64,000 nt of DNA from positions 119,344-183,343 of the forward strand of contig JAVCDA010000010.1 of the NCBI GenBank assembly GCA_030765145.1, given 5' to 3'. The stretch is from Candidatus Saelkia tenebricola. Its GTDB lineage: Bacteria > Omnitrophota > Gorgyraeia > Kaelpiales > Kaelpiaceae. The notes below the pieces were generated by a model. The model was not told where the DNA came from and searched no databases. It saw only the letters and a list, made by a program, of their open reading frames with translations. Both the position numbers and the translations under genes were made by a program. Within the stretch, counting starts at the first letter, position 1; every line of letters starts with the position of its first letter. This document shows, piece after piece, positions 60,457 through 64,000 of the stretch.

Positions 60457-63024
60457 ATGAAAGAACAACATACTCCTATGCTTAATCAGTATTTGAAAAT
60501 CAAAAAAGATTTTCCGGATATTATATTGTTTTTCCGACTGGGGGATTTTTATGAGATGTTTTTCGAAGATGCAAAGCTAGCATCTTCAGTCTTACATATT
60601 ACTCTTACCTCACGGGGAAAAATTAAAGGCACCCGTATTCCTATGTGCGGGGTGCCTCATCATGCCGCGGAAAATTATATCAGGCGTCTTTTAAAAGCAG
60701 GATATAAAGTTGCGGTATGTGAGCAGGTTGAAGACCCGAAAACAGTAAAAGGTATTGTCAAAAGAGAAGTTGTAAAAGTTATTACCCCTGGGACTTTGGT
60801 TGCAGAATCTTTGGTCGAAGAAAATAATAATTATATTATAGCAGTTAATGAAGAAAATAATAAATTTGGATTATCATTATGTGATATTTCAACAGGAGAA
60901 TTTAAGACAACAGAGCTGGATTCTAAAGAGGAGCTTTTTTCTGAAATTATGCGCTTAAATCCTTCAGAATATCTTTTGCCTGAAGATAGGCAGGATTTAA
61001 AAAAGTTGGTAGGAGTCAATGCCGTTACAGAATATCCGGATTTTCACTTCATCCTGTCCACAGCAGGAGAGATGGTGTTAAACCATTTTAATGTTGCTAC
61101 ATTATCGGGTTTTGGGTTAGACGGAAGAATCCTGGCGATATCAACTGCCGGAGCATTATTAAAATATCTTCAAGGAACTCAAAAAAAAGCGGTTGAGCAT
61201 ATAAAGAAAATAGAAGTTTATTCGGTCAAAAATTATATGGTGCTAGATTCATTCACCCAACGGAATTTAGAGCTTGTAAAAAATTGTGAAACAGGCACAA
61301 AAGAAGGAGCGTTATTATCTGTTCTTGATAAGACGTATACCTCAATGGGTAAAAGAAGGATTGAGCAATGGGTATTACAGCCTCTGATTGAAAAAGAAAA
61401 AATCTGTAACAGGCACGATGGTGTGAGCTGCTTTTATGAAGACCAAAACAAAAGACATAAAGTCCAGGAGATTTTAAAAGGCATACAGGACTTAGAGAGA
61501 ATTGCCGCTCGAATCGGACTTTCTACAGCAGGGCCAAGAGACTTAATTTCATTAAAAAACTCCTTGGAAAAAGCGAAAGAGTTAAAAGAAAATATTTCCG
61601 GTTTTGACGCTGCAATTATTAGAGATTGTTTCTCCAGGCTTGATCCTTTAAAAGAAATAGTTCGAAAAATATCTGAGGCTATTGTCGAAGAGCCTCCTGT
61701 TGTCATAAATGAAGGTGGAATTATTAAAAAAGGTTATCGGAAAGATTTGGATGAGTTGCAAGAAGTGTTAAAATCCGGTAAAGACTGGATTGCGCAATTG
61801 CAGGAGAAAGAAATACGTCGCACAGGGATCAGCTCTTTAAAAATAGGATATAATAAAGTTTTCGGCTACTATATCGTAATTACCAATTCGAATCTAAAAT
61901 CAGTTCCGCCGGATTATATCAGAAAGCAAACGCTTGTTAATGCTGAGAGATTTATAACCCCTGAGTTAAAAGAATATGAAGAAAAAATTTTGGGAGCCGA
62001 AGAAAAAAGCAAAGAATTGGAAAAAGAGATTTTCATTAACATAAGAGATGACATTAAGCAGTATATTGTTGAAATTCAAGAAAATGCCAGAGCAATGAGC
62101 GTTATCGATATTTTACAGTCGTTTGCTCAGATTGCAGAAGACAATAAATATATACGGCCTAAAATTAACTCAGGCCTCGCTTTAAATATAAAAGACAGCA
62201 GACATCCGGTATTAGAAAAAGTAATCTCAGAAAACACCTTTATTCCTAATGATATTTTTTTAGGCGATGAGAGAATACTGATTATTACAGGTCCTAATAT
62301 GGCAGGCAAGTCTACATATATACGGCAAGTTGCCCTTCTTGTAATTATGTCTCAAATCGGCTGTTTTATTCCTGCAGCATATGCTGAGATAGGAATTGTT
62401 GATAAAGTTTTCACGAGGATAGGCGCGCACGATGCTTTAATATCGGGCATGAGTACTTTTATGGTAGAAATGGTTGAGGTTGCATGGATCCTGAATAATG
62501 CTACTGCAAATAGTTTGATAATTTTGGATGAAGTCGGCCGTGGCACTTCTACATATGATGGGCTTTCTATCGCTTGGTCAGTTGTTGAATTTATTCATAA
62601 GTATATTAAGGCAAAAACTCTTTTTGCGACTCATTATCATGAACTTACCCAGATTGCAAAATATTTTTCAGAAGTAGGTAATCTTAATACAGCTGTCAGG
62701 GAGTATAAGAATGAGGTAGTATTTCTATATAGAATCGAAGCAGGTATTTGCGATAAAAGCTTTGGAATTCATGTTGCCAAACTTGCAGGTGTTCCGAACG
62801 ATGTTATAGAAAGAGCAAAGAAGGTGCTTAAAGATTTGGAGTTTAATAGAAATCACGTGCCCTCTGAAGTTAAAGAATTACAAGCAGAGCTGTTCACAAC
62901 GGCTGTCCATCCTTTGATAGAAGAGCTCAAGATGGTAGATGTAGAAAAAACAACTCCTTTAGAAGCGCTGGATATTCTTAACCGGTTTATTAGGAGATTA
63001 GATTCCGAAGAAAAAAATGACTAA
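60457..63024 (+). CDS. mutS: DNA mismatch repair protein MutS
   Basis: Mismatch-binding N-terminus (FYEMF), Walker A GPNMAGKST, HTH dimerisation C-terminus. Confidence 0.95.
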   Translation: MKEQHTPMLNQYLKIKKDFPDIILFFRLGDFYEMFFEDAKLASSVLHITLTSRGKIKGTRIPMCGVPHHAAENYIRRLLKAGYKVAVCEQVEDPKTVKGIVKREVVKVITPGTLVAESLVEENNNYIIAVNEENNKFGLSLCDISTGEFKTTELDSKEELFSEIMRLNPSEYLLPEDRQDLKKLVGVNAVTEYPDFHFILSTAGEMVLNHFNVATLSGFGLDGRILAISTAGALLKYLQGTQKKAVEHIKKIEVYSVKNYMVLDSFTQRNLELVKNCETGTKEGALLSVLDKTYTSMGKRRIEQWVLQPLIEKEKICNRHDGVSCFYEDQNKRHKVQEILKGIQDLERIAARIGLSTAGPRDLISLKNSLEKAKELKENISGFDAAIIRDCFSRLDPLKEIVRKISEAIVEEPPVVINEGGIIKKGYRKDLDELQEVLKSGKDWIAQLQEKEIRRTGISSLKIGYNKVFGYYIVITNSNLKSVPPDYIRKQTLVNAERFITPELKEYEEKILGAEEKSKELEKEIFINIRDDIKQYIVEIQENARAMSVIDILQSFAQIAEDNKYIRPKINSGLALNIKDSRHPVLEKVISENTFIPNDIFLGDERILIITGPNMAGKSTYIRQVALLVIMSQIGCFIPAAYAEIGIVDKVFTRIGAHDALISGMSTFMVEMVEVAWILNNATANSLIILDEVGRGTSTYDGLSIAWSVVEFIHKYIKAKTLFATHYHELTQIAKYFSEVGNLNTAVREYKNEVVFLYRIEAGICDKSFGIHVAKLAGVPNDVIERAKKVLKDLEFNRNHVPSEVKELQAELFTTAVHPLIEELKMVDVEKTTPLEALDILNRFIRRLDSEEKND

Positions 63025-64000
63025 GATACGTGTTCTATCAGAAGAGTTAAGAAGCCGGATTGCAGCAGGGGAAGTGGTTGAAAGGCCTGCATCTGTTGTC
63101 AAAGAGTTGGTTGAGAATGCTATTGATGCCTGTGCGGATTGTATTTCTATTGAAATCAAACAAGCAGGCCGGGACTTAATAAGGGTAAATGATAACGGAG
63201 AAGGTATGGATGAAGCAGATTTAAGCCTTGCAATCCAAAGCTATGCAACAAGCAAAATTATCTCGATGGATGATCTATTCAATATTTATACACTTGGATT
63301 CAGAGGGGAAGCACTTTCTTCGATTGCAAGTGTGTCAAATTTTAGAATAATTTCCAAAAATTCTACGGATGAGACGGCATCTTTTATTGATATTGAAGGC
63401 GGAAAGATAAAAAAAGAAGGTAAGATTAATCGTTCATGCGGGACTACAATAGAGGTTAAGAATCTGTTTTTTAATACGTTGCCCCGGCGTAAATTTTTAA
63501 AGCATGACAATACGGAATTTGCACATATTGTTGATGTCGTGACCAAGCTTGCGATATCACATCCTGAGATTGAATTTACTTTGATTCGTGACGAAAAGCG
63601 TGTGTTGGATTTAAAAAAATCCGGTTTTAAAGAAAGAATAGAGGAGTTATTTCCTCAGACAAAAGGTCAGTTGATTTATGCAGAATCCAAAAACAGTCTA
63701 TTTAAATTGCGGGTGTTTTTATCTAAGCCTCAGCTTAATTATCCTCGGCGAATAAAGCAATATTTTTTCATTAACAACCGCTCGGTTGTAAGCCCGCTGG
63801 TTTACCATGCTATTGATGGGGCCTACAGGGGGCTTATTGAAGGACGGAATTATCCGGCAGTTTTTTTGTTCATGGGAATCTCTTCGGCATGTATTGATGT
63901 TAATGTGCATCCAACAAAAAAAGAAATAAGATTTAAAAATGAAAACGAAATCCATGATCTTTTGCGGGGAATATTAAAAGATGAATTACAGGGTGAAGAA
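63017..64000 (+). CDS. mutL: DNA mismatch repair protein MutL (5' part, continues past window end)
   Basis: GHKL N-terminus AAGEVVERPASVVKELVENAIDA. 8-nt overlap with the mutS stop. Open to the window edge. Confidence 0.85.
   Translation, partial: MTKIRVLSEELRSRIAAGEVVERPASVVKELVENAIDACADCISIEIKQAGRDLIRVNDNGEGMDEADLSLAIQSYATSKIISMDDLFNIYTLGFRGEALSSIASVSNFRIISKNSTDETASFIDIEGGKIKKEGKINRSCGTTIEVKNLFFNTLPRRKFLKHDNTEFAHIVDVVTKLAISHPEIEFTLIRDEKRVLDLKKSGFKERIEELFPQTKGQLIYAESKNSLFKLRVFLSKPQLNYPRRIKQYFFINNRSVVSPLVYHAIDGAYRGLIEGRNYPAVFLFMGISSACIDVNVHPTKKEIRFKNENEIHDLLRGILKDELQGEE

Overview
This 64 kb window comes from a low-GC (roughly 35%) bacterium with a diderm-type envelope, and it spans the chromosomal replication origin. 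Every gene from about 6.5 kb to 43.3 kb lies on the minus strand and every gene from 43.4 kb to the end lies on the plus strand. The switch sits at dnaA-dnaN and the divergent rpmH-rnpA-yidD-yidC-parA-parB block, and the dnaA-dnaN spacer holds a cluster of DnaA boxes plus an AT-rich stretch. The right arm is conserved housekeeping: ndk, yicC, remA-like, gmk, rpoZ, coaC and coaB as separate genes, tRNA-Cys/Leu/Val, thrS-infC-rpmI-rplT, trkH-ktrA inserted before pheS-pheT, rarA, mutS and the start of mutL. The left arm carries gyrB-gyrA, tRNA-Glu-nagB-glmS-rsmI, several secreted hypothetical proteins, and a five-gene RND efflux operon with unusual additions. Those additions are an outer-membrane factor (OMF) with an N-terminal extension, two tandem RND permeases (one with a C-terminal wHTH-like tail), and an extra membrane-anchored coiled-coil protein that shares a small C-terminal module with the OMF. 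Further left are an orphan sugar-binding lipoprotein, an atypical ROK regulator with tandem palindromic operators, and a glycan-handling cluster. That cluster contains three paralogs of an uncharacterised CBM-like domain, a large glucoamylase-like hydrolase with a CBM9-like tail, GT-C and GT2 glycosyltransferases and a secreted beta-propeller protein, followed by dtd and a rhomboid protease. The first 6.5 kb encodes two translationally coupled giant proteins of 710 and 1456 aa with no recognisable family. Independently of gene annotation, an 11-bp motif, ATGATACGGTT/AACCGTATCAT, occurs about 13 times and only in two patches, at the 5' ends of the OMF gene and of yidC. No CRISPR array, rRNA or obvious mobile element is present.
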